A stretch of DNA of 64,000 nt, from contig JAWBWS010000002.1 of the NCBI GenBank assembly GCA_038999725.1, forward strand, positions 32,001 to 96,000. Reading direction: 5' to 3'. Below, piece by piece: positions 18,791 to 28,526 of this stretch. The notes under the pieces were generated by a model. The model made no database searches. It saw only the letters and a program-made list of their open reading frames with translations, and was not told the origin of the DNA. The position numbers were made by a program, and so were the translations under genes. The DNA is from Candidatus Aenigmatarchaeota archaeon. Lineage in GTDB: Archaea; Aenigmatarchaeota; Aenigmatarchaeia; CG10238-14; SCSR01. Within the stretch, counting starts at the first letter, position 1. Each line of letters begins with the position of its first letter.

Positions 18791-20163
18791 TGGCGGTAAT
18801 AGAACTGAAGAATGTTTGGAAAGAATTCTCTCTTGAGAGAGAAAAGGAAATGACACTCAAGGAAAGATTTGTAAATTTAGGTAAGAGAAAAAAAGAAGAA
18901 AAGATTGTGGCTTTGAAAAATATCAATTTAAGTGTTGAAAGAGGAGAATGCTTAGGAATCTTGGGAAAAAATGGGTCTGGGAAGACAACTCTCCTGAAAA
19001 TAATTGCAGGGATACTTAAGCCAAATAGAGGATCTGTAAGGGTTGAGGGAAAAATAGCTCCAATACTTGCTCTTGGTCTTGGTTTTCAAAGGGAGTTAAC
19101 AGCAAAGGAGAACCTATATCTCTATGCTTCAATTCTTGGCTTGGATAAGAAAAAAACAGATGAAATATATGAAAAAATAGTGAAATTCTCTGAACTAGAA
19201 AAGATGATGGATGTTAAACTTAAAGACTTTTCAGATGGTATGATAATGAGACTCTCTTTCTCGATAGCATTTCACATAGATGCTGACATAATACTTATAG
19301 ATGAGGTACTGGCTGTTGGAGATGCTTCATTCCAAGCAAAATGTTTAGAGAAAATTAAGCAGTTAAAAGAAGAAGGTAAAACAATAGTCATAGTCCTTCA
19401 TACCACAGCTGAGATAAGAAAACTTTGTAATAGGGCTTTGATACTTGAGAAGGGTGAAATTATTTTTTCTGGGCAAGCAAGTGAAGTGTGTGAAAAATAT
19501 GATGAAATCATAGAAAATGAGAGGTTGAAGAGATTCAATGAAATGGTGATGGAAGAAACTGGCATAAAATTCAATGTTTTTTGTGAGGAAGAATTCATCT
19601 TGAAGAAAGGTAAAAAATGCTTAATAGAAGTAAAAATTGATAAGCCTATAGAATTACTTGAATTGTTCTTTGTGGGAAGGAATAGTGTGAGGGTGTTTAG
19701 CAAAAATCTTGATAATGGAAAAATAGTTTTTCAAATAGATTCTTTGCCTCTTCCTCAAGATGAATATGAAGTTTGGATTAGACATGAGGGTAAATTTTTA
19801 TCACAAAAACCATTCAAGGTAATTGTGAAAGGTTGGGAAGAAAGTAGAGAAAACAAGATTTATATGCTGCCTAGTTCAAGTTATCCATTTCAAGATTTGA
19901 CTGTTGTTTTTGGTGAAAATCCTGAAAAAGAGATGAAGATGTTTGAAGAGGGTAAAACAATATTTATCTTCAGTAATTTGGAAAAAATAGATGAGAAAGA
20001 AAATGCTTGCCTTTTTAGCGGAAGAAAACTATTGCTGAAGGGAAGAGGGGAACATGTTTTGAGAGAATTAAAAGAAAAAGTTTGGCATGATTTGGCTACA
20101 AGATATTTTAGTGATATCCTGATGAATAACCAAGTGGGAAAGGTTTTAATGGGGGTTTCATGA
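18790..20163 (+). CDS. wzt: ABC polysaccharide exporter ATPase (Wzt/TagH-like) with C-terminal extension
   Basis: GKNGSGKTT, GFQRELTAKEN, FSDGM, LIDEVLAVGDASFQAKC; about 200 aa C-terminal extension. Confidence 0.93.
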   Translation: MAVIELKNVWKEFSLEREKEMTLKERFVNLGKRKKEEKIVALKNINLSVERGECLGILGKNGSGKTTLLKIIAGILKPNRGSVRVEGKIAPILALGLGFQRELTAKENLYLYASILGLDKKKTDEIYEKIVKFSELEKMMDVKLKDFSDGMIMRLSFSIAFHIDADIILIDEVLAVGDASFQAKCLEKIKQLKEEGKTIVIVLHTTAEIRKLCNRALILEKGEIIFSGQASEVCEKYDEIIENERLKRFNEMVMEETGIKFNVFCEEEFILKKGKKCLIEVKIDKPIELLELFFVGRNSVRVFSKNLDNGKIVFQIDSLPLPQDEYEVWIRHEGKFLSQKPFKVIVKGWEESRENKIYMLPSSSYPFQDLTVVFGENPEKEMKMFEEGKTIFIFSNLEKIDEKENACLFSGRKLLLKGRGEHVLRELKEKVWHDLATRYFSDILMNNQVGKVLMGVS

Positions 20164-21293
20164 GAGAAATAGTGAAAAAAATTTTAGAGGTTATAGGACA
20201 CGAAGATGTGGTATTTGTTGGGAGAGAAAACCAAAAGGAGATAAAAACTATTCGACCTGAAGAATTAGAACTTTACCCAAGAAAATTTAGAAATATAATA
20301 ATTGAAGATCTTGACCAAATAGATGAAAAGATTATTGAAAAAATAGCAAGAATGGGGGATTGTCTGTGGATACCAGTTTCTATGGATAAACTTATAAGAA
20401 AAGTTGATTCTGTAATTGAAGGCATGATTGAAAAAGAAGAGTTTGAAGAAGTGAATGTGAACAAAAAAATGGAGATATTGAAAAAATTGTTTGATGGTAA
20501 TATATTTGTTGCAAATTTTAACCTATCTGATAAAGCAGTTGTAATACCAAGAGAGATGGAAAAAATTCCCAGTGATGTGAAAATTGAGCCATTCTCCTCG
20601 TTTTTCCTCAATTTAAGTATGGTTGAATATTTGAAGTTAAAGTTAGAGGAAGTCAAAAGCGAGAAAGAAAGGTTAAGTAAGGAGTTAGAAGAAGAAAGAA
20701 GTAAAGTTAGAAGCGAGAGTGAAAAGGTTAAACTTGTGAGTGAGGAGCTGGAAAAAATAAAAAAGGAGAAGGAAGAATTGCAGAAGAGATTTGAGACTGA
20801 GAAAAAGGAATTGCAGAAGAGATTTAGAAGAGAAGTGGTCAGAATTTTGAAAGAGAAGGAAAGGTTGGAAGATGAGAAAAAGGAATTGCAAAGTGAGATT
20901 GAGGAAGAGAGAAAAAGGTTGGAAGATGAGATTGAAAGGTTGAAAAAAGAAAGAGAAAAAAGTATCTCCAACTTAGAAGCTAGAATTTTGAAAGAGAAGA
21001 AAAGGTTGGAAGATGAGAAAAAGGAATTGCAGAAGAGATTTAGAAGAGAAGTGGTCAGAATTTTGAAAGAGAAGGAAAGGTTGGAAGATGAGAAAAAGGA
21101 ATTGCAAAGTGAGATTGAGGAAGAGAGAAAAAGGTTGGAAGATGAGATTGAAAGGTTGAAAGAAAAATTTGAAATAGAGAAAAAAGCCATAGAGGAACAG
21201 TATAAAGAAGAATTGAAAAAAATTGTGTTTGAAATGGGCTTAAAAATAGAGGAAAAGGAAGAAGAGTTGAAAAGATTGAGGGGATGGAGATAA
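20160..21293 (+). CDS. Long coiled-coil protein with internal duplication (possible chain-length ruler)
   Basis: E/K/R-rich heptads over about 220 aa; translationally coupled to wzt. Confidence 0.75.
   Translation: MREIVKKILEVIGHEDVVFVGRENQKEIKTIRPEELELYPRKFRNIIIEDLDQIDEKIIEKIARMGDCLWIPVSMDKLIRKVDSVIEGMIEKEEFEEVNVNKKMEILKKLFDGNIFVANFNLSDKAVVIPREMEKIPSDVKIEPFSSFFLNLSMVEYLKLKLEEVKSEKERLSKELEEERSKVRSESEKVKLVSEELEKIKKEKEELQKRFETEKKELQKRFRREVVRILKEKERLEDEKKELQSEIEEERKRLEDEIERLKKEREKSISNLEARILKEKKRLEDEKKELQKRFRREVVRILKEKERLEDEKKELQSEIEEERKRLEDEIERLKEKFEIEKKAIEEQYKEELKKIVFEMGLKIEEKEEELKRLRGWR
20798..21161. repeat. About 148-bp identical intragenic direct repeat (20798-20945, 21014-21161; 216-bp period)
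   Basis: Encodes EKKELQKRFRREVVRILKEKERLEDEKKELQSEIEEERKRLEDEIERLK twice. Confidence 0.88.
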
Positions 21294-21299
21294 AAGGAT

Positions 21300-22193
21300 A
21301 TGAAAGTCTCTATAATAGTTTGTTCGACTGGAAGAGAAACTCTTTTTGACTGTCTTAAGTCATTGAAATCTCAAGATTTTGATGAAGATTATGAAATATT
21401 AGTTGTTTCATTTGAAAAATCAATAGAAGAAAGAGTTAAGAATTTTGGAGCAAGGTTCATCTTTTCACCCAAAGCGAATGTTTCTTACCAGAGGAATTTG
21501 GGAATTTTAGAAAGCAGAGGGGAACTTGTTTGTTTTATAGATGATGATGCTGTAGCAGAAAGTTCTTGGATAAAATTTATTTCTGAACCATTCAAGGATG
21601 AGAAAGTCGCTTGTGTTGGAGGAAAAATAAAATTGATGATTAAAGAGAAGATGCCAGAAGCTCTAAAAACTTTGGATGAAAAAGTGATTAAAGGCTTCTT
21701 GGGAGAAACTATGTTGGGAGAAGAGAGAAAAGAAGTAGAAAATCAATTCCTTTGGGGTTGCAACGTTTGTTTCAGGAAAAGTATTTTTGATGAGGTTGGG
21801 TACTTTGATGAAAAAATAGGGAGAACACCGTCCCTACCTTTATGTAATGAAGATATAGAGATTCAGAAGAGAATCCTTAAGAAAGGGTTTAAAATCATTT
21901 ACGAGCCAAGAGCTTTAGTTTGGCATAAAATTCTTCCAGAAAAACTAACTATCAGCTACTTCTTAGAAAGAAGTTTTTGGCAAGGGTATAGTGATGTGTT
22001 GGCTGCAAGGAGGGACGAAAAAGTTAAGAAATTTATGGAAAACATAAAATTCCCCTTCTGGAATTTCCTGATGAAGGAGAAAATCTTTGAAAACATGTTT
22101 GAGACATTTATCACTAAAGATTTAAATGAAAGAGTTTTTAGGTATAAGAAAATGGGAAGAATTGTTGGTTTTCTTGAGTTGATAGGTGAATAA
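21300..22193 (+). CDS. Glycosyltransferase family 2
   Basis: KVSIIVCS, RNLGI, CFIDDDA, WGCNVCFRK, EDIEI motifs. Confidence 0.92.
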   Translation: MKVSIIVCSTGRETLFDCLKSLKSQDFDEDYEILVVSFEKSIEERVKNFGARFIFSPKANVSYQRNLGILESRGELVCFIDDDAVAESSWIKFISEPFKDEKVACVGGKIKLMIKEKMPEALKTLDEKVIKGFLGETMLGEERKEVENQFLWGCNVCFRKSIFDEVGYFDEKIGRTPSLPLCNEDIEIQKRILKKGFKIIYEPRALVWHKILPEKLTISYFLERSFWQGYSDVLAARRDEKVKKFMENIKFPFWNFLMKEKIFENMFETFITKDLNERVFRYKKMGRIVGFLELIGE

Positions 22194-23234
22194 ATGGAAG
22201 AACTTAGCAAAAGTCAAATTATGAAATATTTGCTTTCATACTTTACCCTCTTTCCATTCACCAAGCCACTCTTCATAAACATAGGTTTAACACATAGGTG
22301 TAATCTAAGGTGTAAAATATGTGAGACTTGGAAAGTCTGGTCAAAATCGGAAAAAGAATTGAATTTGACTGAACTGAAAAATGTTGTTAATGAAATAGGC
22401 TGGTGGGGGGATATAAACATTAGTTTTGCTGGTGGGGAACCCCTTATCAGGAAGTATGAACTTTTGGAATGTATAAAACTGGCGAAGAAGTGGAAACTTG
22501 TAACCCATGTTACATCAAATGGTCAATTGATTGATAGAAAAACAGCTGAAGAACTTGTATCTTCAGGCTTAGACTATTTACAAATTTCCTTAGACGGAAG
22601 TAAAGAAAAAACAAATGATTATATAAGAGGAGATGGGAGTTACAAGAAGATAATAAAAGCTATAAAGGAAGTAAGGAGAGCTAAAGAGAAACTAAATTCA
22701 AACTTAAAACTTTCCCTTACAACTGTTGTAACAGACAAGAATTTGGATGAATTGTTATATATAGTGAAATTGGTTGAGGACTTCAATCTTCATGAAGTTT
22801 CTTTTAACCCCTATAACTTGGACACATCCTACATAAGGAGCAAAAAGTACGAAGAAGATGAGTTTTGGGTCAAAAAAAAGAACATACCCAAGCTGAAGAG
22901 AATATGTGATGAGCTTATCAAAATAAAGAAGAAAAAAAAGAGGATTGGTACCCCATTCTTCATGCTAAGAATGATGCCAAATTACTTTGAGAAAAGGAGG
23001 AAGTTTAAGGATGGTATCTGTTTGGCCGGGTTTACTTACATGTATATTAAACCAAATGGTGATGTTGATGTGTGTGGAAAAGGTCCTTCTTTAAATGTGA
23101 GGGAGAATTCAATTAAAAAAATATGGTACAGCTTGAATTTTGCAAAAACACGACTCAAAATAATGAGATGTAAGAGACCATGTCTCATGCTTTGTTTTCC
23201 AAGAATAGATTTAAGAATGGTTCTAGGTGAGTGA
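22194..23234 (+). CDS. Radical SAM protein with SPASM/twitch-type domain (paralog 1, subclade A)
   Basis: CNLRCKIC, AGGEPL, CLAG...DVC...CKRPCLMLC. Confidence 0.93.
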   Translation: MEELSKSQIMKYLLSYFTLFPFTKPLFINIGLTHRCNLRCKICETWKVWSKSEKELNLTELKNVVNEIGWWGDINISFAGGEPLIRKYELLECIKLAKKWKLVTHVTSNGQLIDRKTAEELVSSGLDYLQISLDGSKEKTNDYIRGDGSYKKIIKAIKEVRRAKEKLNSNLKLSLTTVVTDKNLDELLYIVKLVEDFNLHEVSFNPYNLDTSYIRSKKYEEDEFWVKKKNIPKLKRICDELIKIKKKKKRIGTPFFMLRMMPNYFEKRRKFKDGICLAGFTYMYIKPNGDVDVCGKGPSLNVRENSIKKIWYSLNFAKTRLKIMRCKRPCLMLCFPRIDLRMVLGE

Positions 23235-24333
23235 TGTGAAGAGCCTTTACAGTGGATTTTTAACGTTCCTCAGAGACTATTCACTTAATTGGTTGTCTTA
23301 TCACATTAATTACCCGTTGGTTAAGCCGTGGAGAGTGAATTTTGACATAACTCAAAGGTGTCCATTGAGATGTATAATGTGTAATGTTTGGAGAGAGAAG
23401 GCGAAAGTTTCTAAAGAGCTCACTTTAGATGAATTAAGAAGGCTTGTGGATGAAATTGCTGAATGGGGAATAGATCATATATCTCTTGCGGGAGGGGAAA
23501 CTTTGGTTAGAGCTAGAGATGTGGTGGAATTTATAAAACACGCCTCAAGCAAGCTTAATATGAGAGTTGATTTGATAACAAACGGTTATTATCTGGATGA
23601 AAAGTTGTGTAAAGAGTTGTTAGAGGCAAAAGTTTCTAAAATTTCTCTTTCTGTGGATGGAGCGAAAAGGGAAACGCACGATTTCATAAGAGGTAAAGGA
23701 AGTTTTGATAGAGTTATGAGAGCGGCTAGAATTCTCACAAAAATTAAAAAAAGGATGAAGAGCGATGTGGAGCTTGAATTCACAACAGTTGTTACATCTT
23801 ACAATTTTAAAGAACTTGTAGATATCTTTAACTTGATGAGGAAACTTGGATTTCACTACATCACTTATCAAGCTGTTGTTCCAGACAACACCTTCACAAG
23901 AAGGCTAGATGTTTTCTACAAATTTTATGAGAGTGATGTGTGGATAAAAGAAAAAGACTTACCTGAACTGGAAAATATAGTGAAAAAACTTGTTTTGTTG
24001 AAGAAGAAAACGGGACAAATAAGAAATACAAGAAGATACCTGCTTTTTTTACCGGAGTACTTCAGGAAAAAGGAAAGATTCAAAACAGGAAAGTGTATAG
24101 TTGGTTATAGCTACATGAACATAGACGCCTACGGTAAGTTGAATGTTTGTGGCCTTGGTCCTAAAATTAGTGTGAAGGATGGGAAATTGAAAAATTTGTG
24201 GAAAAGCAAAAGGTATAAGCTAACAAGGGTCTTGATAAAAAGATGTAAGAGGCCTTGCTTGATGTTGTGTTATGAAAAACTGAATTTCAAAGAACTTTTG
24301 GAAGCATGGCTGGAGTTAAGAGGATGGATTTGA
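23227..24333 (+). CDS. Radical SAM/SPASM protein (paralog 2, subclade A)
   Basis: CPLRCIMC, AGGET, CIVG...NVC...CKRPCLMLC. Confidence 0.93.
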   Translation: MSDVKSLYSGFLTFLRDYSLNWLSYHINYPLVKPWRVNFDITQRCPLRCIMCNVWREKAKVSKELTLDELRRLVDEIAEWGIDHISLAGGETLVRARDVVEFIKHASSKLNMRVDLITNGYYLDEKLCKELLEAKVSKISLSVDGAKRETHDFIRGKGSFDRVMRAARILTKIKKRMKSDVELEFTTVVTSYNFKELVDIFNLMRKLGFHYITYQAVVPDNTFTRRLDVFYKFYESDVWIKEKDLPELENIVKKLVLLKKKTGQIRNTRRYLLFLPEYFRKKERFKTGKCIVGYSYMNIDAYGKLNVCGLGPKISVKDGKLKNLWKSKRYKLTRVLIKRCKRPCLMLCYEKLNFKELLEAWLELRGWI

Positions 24334-25382
24334 GAGAAAAAATAAAAAAAGTAGGAATTTACTTAAGATACTACTTTTCTTACCTTTTAAATCGTCCCTT
24401 AATCTATCCCAAAGAAGTAAATTTTCAAATGACAAACAGGTGCACACTGCAGTGTAAAATGTGCAACATATGGAAATTGCCAAGAGAGAAAGAAGAAATT
24501 AGTGTGGATGAAATGAAAAGAATTTTGAGTGAAGTAAAAAATTGGAAAAATACAAAGTATGTTTCCTTTGTTGGGGGCGAATCTTTGATAAGGATGGAAG
24601 AAACACTTGAGCTAATCGAGTATGCTAATTCCCTCGGGTTCCACACAAACCTTGTGTCAAATGCAACACTCTTGAATGAAGCTATTTGTAAAAGATTGGT
24701 TGAAGTTGGTCTAGATAGAATTGCACTCTCGCTCGATGGAGCGAAAAGGGAAACGCACGATTTCATAAGAGGTAAAGGTAACTTTAACCAAGTGATAAAA
24801 GCTGCAAAAATTTTTCTAAAACTTAAAAAAGATTATCATATAAAAGTTGACTTCACAAGTGTTTTGATGTCTTACAACTTTAGAGAGTTTGTTGATCTTT
24901 ATTGGCTGGGTAAAAAAATTGGTGTTGACCAATGGTTTATTCAGTGTCTTGTATTAGACAATACCTTCCGCAGTTTTGATTACAATTCACCCCTTTGGAT
25001 AAAAGAAGGTCAATTGGAAAAACTGAAAGAAGTGGTGAATAAATTGATAGAGCTTAAAATTAAAGACAAAAACTTTATACACAATTCAATCGACTACCTT
25101 AGGGCAATACCAAAATATTTTGAGTTAAAGAAAAATTTTAAACTTGGAAAATGTATGGCCGGCTACTTCACACTAAACATAGATCCATACGGTAATATCA
25201 ACATATGCAATTTTGGACCCAACATCAACCTCATAGGAAAAGATGTTAATGAAGCTTGGAAAAATGAAAAATTCAAGCGAACTAGAATTTTGATAAAAGA
25301 ATGTAAAAATCCGTGTATGATGCTATGCTATCAAAGATTTAGCTTTCCAGAACTTCTAAGAACATTTCTATCCGGTGATTAA
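24324..25382 (+). CDS. Radical SAM/SPASM protein (paralog 3, subclade A)
   Basis: CTLQCKMC, VGGES, CMAG...NIC...CKNPCMMLC; start MDLREK preferred. Confidence 0.93.
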   Translation: MDLREKIKKVGIYLRYYFSYLLNRPLIYPKEVNFQMTNRCTLQCKMCNIWKLPREKEEISVDEMKRILSEVKNWKNTKYVSFVGGESLIRMEETLELIEYANSLGFHTNLVSNATLLNEAICKRLVEVGLDRIALSLDGAKRETHDFIRGKGNFNQVIKAAKIFLKLKKDYHIKVDFTSVLMSYNFREFVDLYWLGKKIGVDQWFIQCLVLDNTFRSFDYNSPLWIKEGQLEKLKEVVNKLIELKIKDKNFIHNSIDYLRAIPKYFELKKNFKLGKCMAGYFTLNIDPYGNINICNFGPNINLIGKDVNEAWKNEKFKRTRILIKECKNPCMMLCYQRFSFPELLRTFLSGD

Positions 25383-26414
25383 GTGAATGATATTTTTGAA
25401 GCAATAACCTTGGGTAAAAAAGTGGAGCCAAAACTTCTAATGCTTTCCCCAACGGATTATTGCAATCTTGCATGTAAAATATGTTGGAGATTAAAAGAGG
25501 ATGCAAAATTCAGCCAACCTTCTTTCAATTTTCTTAAAAAAATTATAAAAGAAGCAAGTGAAATGAAAGTGAAAACCATAGACCTCACAGGTGGTGGCGA
25601 GCCTTTCGTTAGGGGGGATATCCTTAATTTAATGAAGCTTGTGAAAAAACTCGGAATGAAAGGAACTTTAACAACCAACTCTACTTTAATAAAAAAATCC
25701 CACATCAAAAATATAGTCAAAATGAAGTGGGATGAAATAAACCTCTCGCTAGATGGCTCAACACCTGAAATAAATGATTACATAAGAGGTGAGGGTACTT
25801 TTGAAAAAGTTCTAGAAAAAATTAAAACATTTCAAGAAATCAAAAAAAATAACAATAGCTCCAATCCTTTGTTGAGGCTTTGTTTTACCATAACTAGCAC
25901 CAATTTCCAAGATTTGCCGAACTACATAAAATTGGCGAAACATTTGGACATCAAGAACATCAACTTCTCCATTCTTTTTAAATGGGAATCCAATAGGGAA
26001 TTTTGGCTAAAGCAATATGATAAAGAGAAAGTTAATTATATTCTTAGAGAAAGTTCAAGATTGGCAAAGAGTTTAGATATAAAAACAAACTTAGAACCAA
26101 TAAAGATGTTTGGTATTTGGAAACACGAGCCGCCTAAATTTTGCTTTGCACCTTGGTACATGCTCTTCATAAATGCAAGTAGGGAGGCTATGGCATGCTG
26201 CACTCTTGCTTCTTTGTATCAAAATAAGTTGGGAAAAGTAAATAGTTTGGAAGAAGTTTGGTTCAGTAGAAAAATGGAAATGTTGAGAGAAAGGATGAAA
26301 AAAAGAATTTTCTTTAAAGAGTGTAAAAGATGTTTACCTGAATTTACTCAAATGTTTAACCAAATGTATGGTGAGATGAAAAGATGGAGCTTGAAGAAAT
26401 CAAAAGAAGGTTAG
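25383..26414 (+). CDS. Radical SAM/SPASM protein (paralog 4)
   Basis: CNLACKIC, GGGEPF, CFAPW...ACC...CKRC. Confidence 0.93.
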   Translation: MNDIFEAITLGKKVEPKLLMLSPTDYCNLACKICWRLKEDAKFSQPSFNFLKKIIKEASEMKVKTIDLTGGGEPFVRGDILNLMKLVKKLGMKGTLTTNSTLIKKSHIKNIVKMKWDEINLSLDGSTPEINDYIRGEGTFEKVLEKIKTFQEIKKNNNSSNPLLRLCFTITSTNFQDLPNYIKLAKHLDIKNINFSILFKWESNREFWLKQYDKEKVNYILRESSRLAKSLDIKTNLEPIKMFGIWKHEPPKFCFAPWYMLFINASREAMACCTLASLYQNKLGKVNSLEEVWFSRKMEMLRERMKKRIFFKECKRCLPEFTQMFNQMYGEMKRWSLKKSKEG

Positions 26415-27475
26415 AACTCTGGGCTGATGGAAAAAAAGCAGGACCTGTTAGAATGGAGCTTCATCCTACCGATGCTTGTAATTTGAGTTGTATTTTTTGT
26501 TGGAGAAGAAAATCTGAAGGATTAAGAAAAAAAGAACTTCCTGAATCCAAACTGCTACAAATAGTCAGAGAAGCTGCAAAATTGGGAGTTAAAGAGTGGG
26601 TGGTATCTGGAGGGGGTGAGCCTCTAGTTAGGAAGGAAGTTACTTTAAAGATTTTGGGTGAGATTAAAAAACACAATATGTGGGGGTTATTGACAACAAA
26701 TGGAACCTTACTTACAAAAAGGGATTCAGAGTTTTTAATTAGGATTGGTTGGGACCAAGTCCAATTCAGTATAGACGGTCCGAATAAAAAGTTGAACGAC
26801 TTCCTCAGACCGCCAAACTCATTTGAAAGAATAATAAAAGCGATAAAAACATTGAGAAAAGTGAGAGATTCTAAAAGTTCAAAGAAGCCATACATTGGCT
26901 TCAACACAATCCTAAACAATAGGAATTTTGACAAAATAGATGAGATGATTGAGTTGGCTTATGAAGTTGGGGCAGAACTTGTGTTCTTCGAGCCTATCTA
27001 TCCAGGATATTCAGAAGTAGAGTTGGGAATTTCTAAGAAAGAAACAAAAAAGCTGGTTAAATCTGTGAAAAGAGGGGGAAGGGTTGCCAAGAAGCTTGGT
27101 ATTGATACAAATGTTAAAGACTTTTTAGAAGTTCATTTAGCAGACAAATCAAATTTGAGAGAAAAAATTATCAAAGAAGTTGAAGGGTTAAATGGGTTTA
27201 AAGGAGCACCTTGCTTCAGGCCTTGGTATTTGATGGGGATAAAGGCCTCGGGATTTGCTGGATGTTGCTCAACATTCGAAAGGGGTGAGTTTATTCAAGG
27301 TAAATGTTTAGAAGAAGTTTGGTTTGGGAAAATTTTTAATAAGTTGAGGGAAGAGATGTGTGAGAAGAAGATACCAGACTATTGTTCAAAGTGTAGTATT
27401 GTTGTTTTGAAAGAGAACAGAATTTTGAGAGAAATGTTGATGGGAAATGGAGGAAAAAATAGAAAGATTGATTAA
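26384..27475 (+). CDS. Radical SAM/SPASM protein (paralog 5)
   Basis: CNLSCIFC, SGGGEPL, CFRPW...GCC...CSKC. Confidence 0.93.
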   Translation: MELEEIKRRLELWADGKKAGPVRMELHPTDACNLSCIFCWRRKSEGLRKKELPESKLLQIVREAAKLGVKEWVVSGGGEPLVRKEVTLKILGEIKKHNMWGLLTTNGTLLTKRDSEFLIRIGWDQVQFSIDGPNKKLNDFLRPPNSFERIIKAIKTLRKVRDSKSSKKPYIGFNTILNNRNFDKIDEMIELAYEVGAELVFFEPIYPGYSEVELGISKKETKKLVKSVKRGGRVAKKLGIDTNVKDFLEVHLADKSNLREKIIKEVEGLNGFKGAPCFRPWYLMGIKASGFAGCCSTFERGEFIQGKCLEEVWFGKIFNKLREEMCEKKIPDYCSKCSIVVLKENRILREMLMGNGGKNRKID

Positions 27476-28526
27476 ATGGTCGAAAGGGGGAAAAGCCCCT
27501 CCATTAACTTTAGAGTTGAATATAACCAACAAATGCAATTTACTTTGTAAAATGTGTTGGTTGAGGTCTACCAACCCAAATTATGATGAAGAAATGAAAG
27601 ATGAAGAACTTGCTCGAATAATTGATGAAGCTATAGAACTGGGTGTGAAAGAGTTCAGATTTCCTGGTAGTGGTGAACCTCTTATGAGAAAAGAAATTCT
27701 CTTCAAGTTGATGAAAAAGATAAAAGAAAGGGGTGGTAATGGTCTTCTTATATCTAATGGCACACTTTTTTCTGAAGAAGATGTGAAAAAAATGATTGAA
27801 ATGAAATGGGATGTTTTAACAATTAGTCTTGATGGTCCATCTCCTGAAATTAACGATTACATAAGAGGTGTTGAAGGAGCTTTTGAAGGGGTGGTGAAAA
27901 CATTGAACTTAATCAAAAAATGGAAAAAGAAGTTAAGAGAAGAATATCCTTGGTTAAGGATGAATGTGGTTTTAACCAATAAAAACTACAATAAACTTGA
28001 AGAAATTGTGATGTTGGCGAGCGAGTTTGGTTTCAAGGAGGTTCTCTTGCAGCCCATGACCATATTTTCTAAAGAAGGGGAAAAATTAAGAATAAAGAAT
28101 GTGGAAAGTATAAGCGATTATTTGAAAGCTGCAGAAAGAAGGGCAAGAGAATTTGACATCAAAACTAATTTTAGCTCCTTCATAAAGAGCATCATAGTTG
28201 AGAGAACGAATGAGATGAAAAAAATGATTAAAGAGGAAATCAGAAAATTTGATGATGAGTTTTTGTGTGTACCTTGCTACGAACCTTTTTACAATCTAGT
28301 AATTATGCCGAATGGAAAAGTTGGGTCGTGTGCAATCTCTGGAGGTAAAACTGAAGTTGATGTGAAAAACAACAGTCTAAAAGAAGTTTGGTTTGGCCCC
28401 TTTTTTGATGAAGTTAGAAAGAATTTGCTAAAGGGAAAATTATTCCCTTTCTGTTCACATTGCTGTGTTCCCATATTCTTAGAAAACAAAAAATTAAGAA
28501 GTGAACTGGCTAAGGTGATTGAATGA
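27447..28526 (+). CDS. Radical SAM/SPASM protein (paralog 6)
   Basis: CNLLCKMC, PGSGEPL, CYEPF...GSC...CSHCC. Confidence 0.93.
   Translation: MEEKIERLIKWSKGGKAPPLTLELNITNKCNLLCKMCWLRSTNPNYDEEMKDEELARIIDEAIELGVKEFRFPGSGEPLMRKEILFKLMKKIKERGGNGLLISNGTLFSEEDVKKMIEMKWDVLTISLDGPSPEINDYIRGVEGAFEGVVKTLNLIKKWKKKLREEYPWLRMNVVLTNKNYNKLEEIVMLASEFGFKEVLLQPMTIFSKEGEKLRIKNVESISDYLKAAERRAREFDIKTNFSSFIKSIIVERTNEMKKMIKEEIRKFDDEFLCVPCYEPFYNLVIMPNGKVGSCAISGGKTEVDVKNNSLKEVWFGPFFDEVRKNLLKGKLFPFCSHCCVPIFLENKKLRSELAKVIE

Noticed and set aside
12946..21161. DGR template/variable repeat pairs
   Set aside because: The repeat copies are identical, in-frame and intragenic, without adenine-specific mismatches, and no reverse transcriptase is present.
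20273..21190. 305-aa antisense ORF, and the many short ORFs antisense to rSAM genes
   Set aside because: Shadow frames of E/K-rich or paralogous genes; S/F/L-rich translations; recurring GSPPP is the reverse complement of GGGEP.
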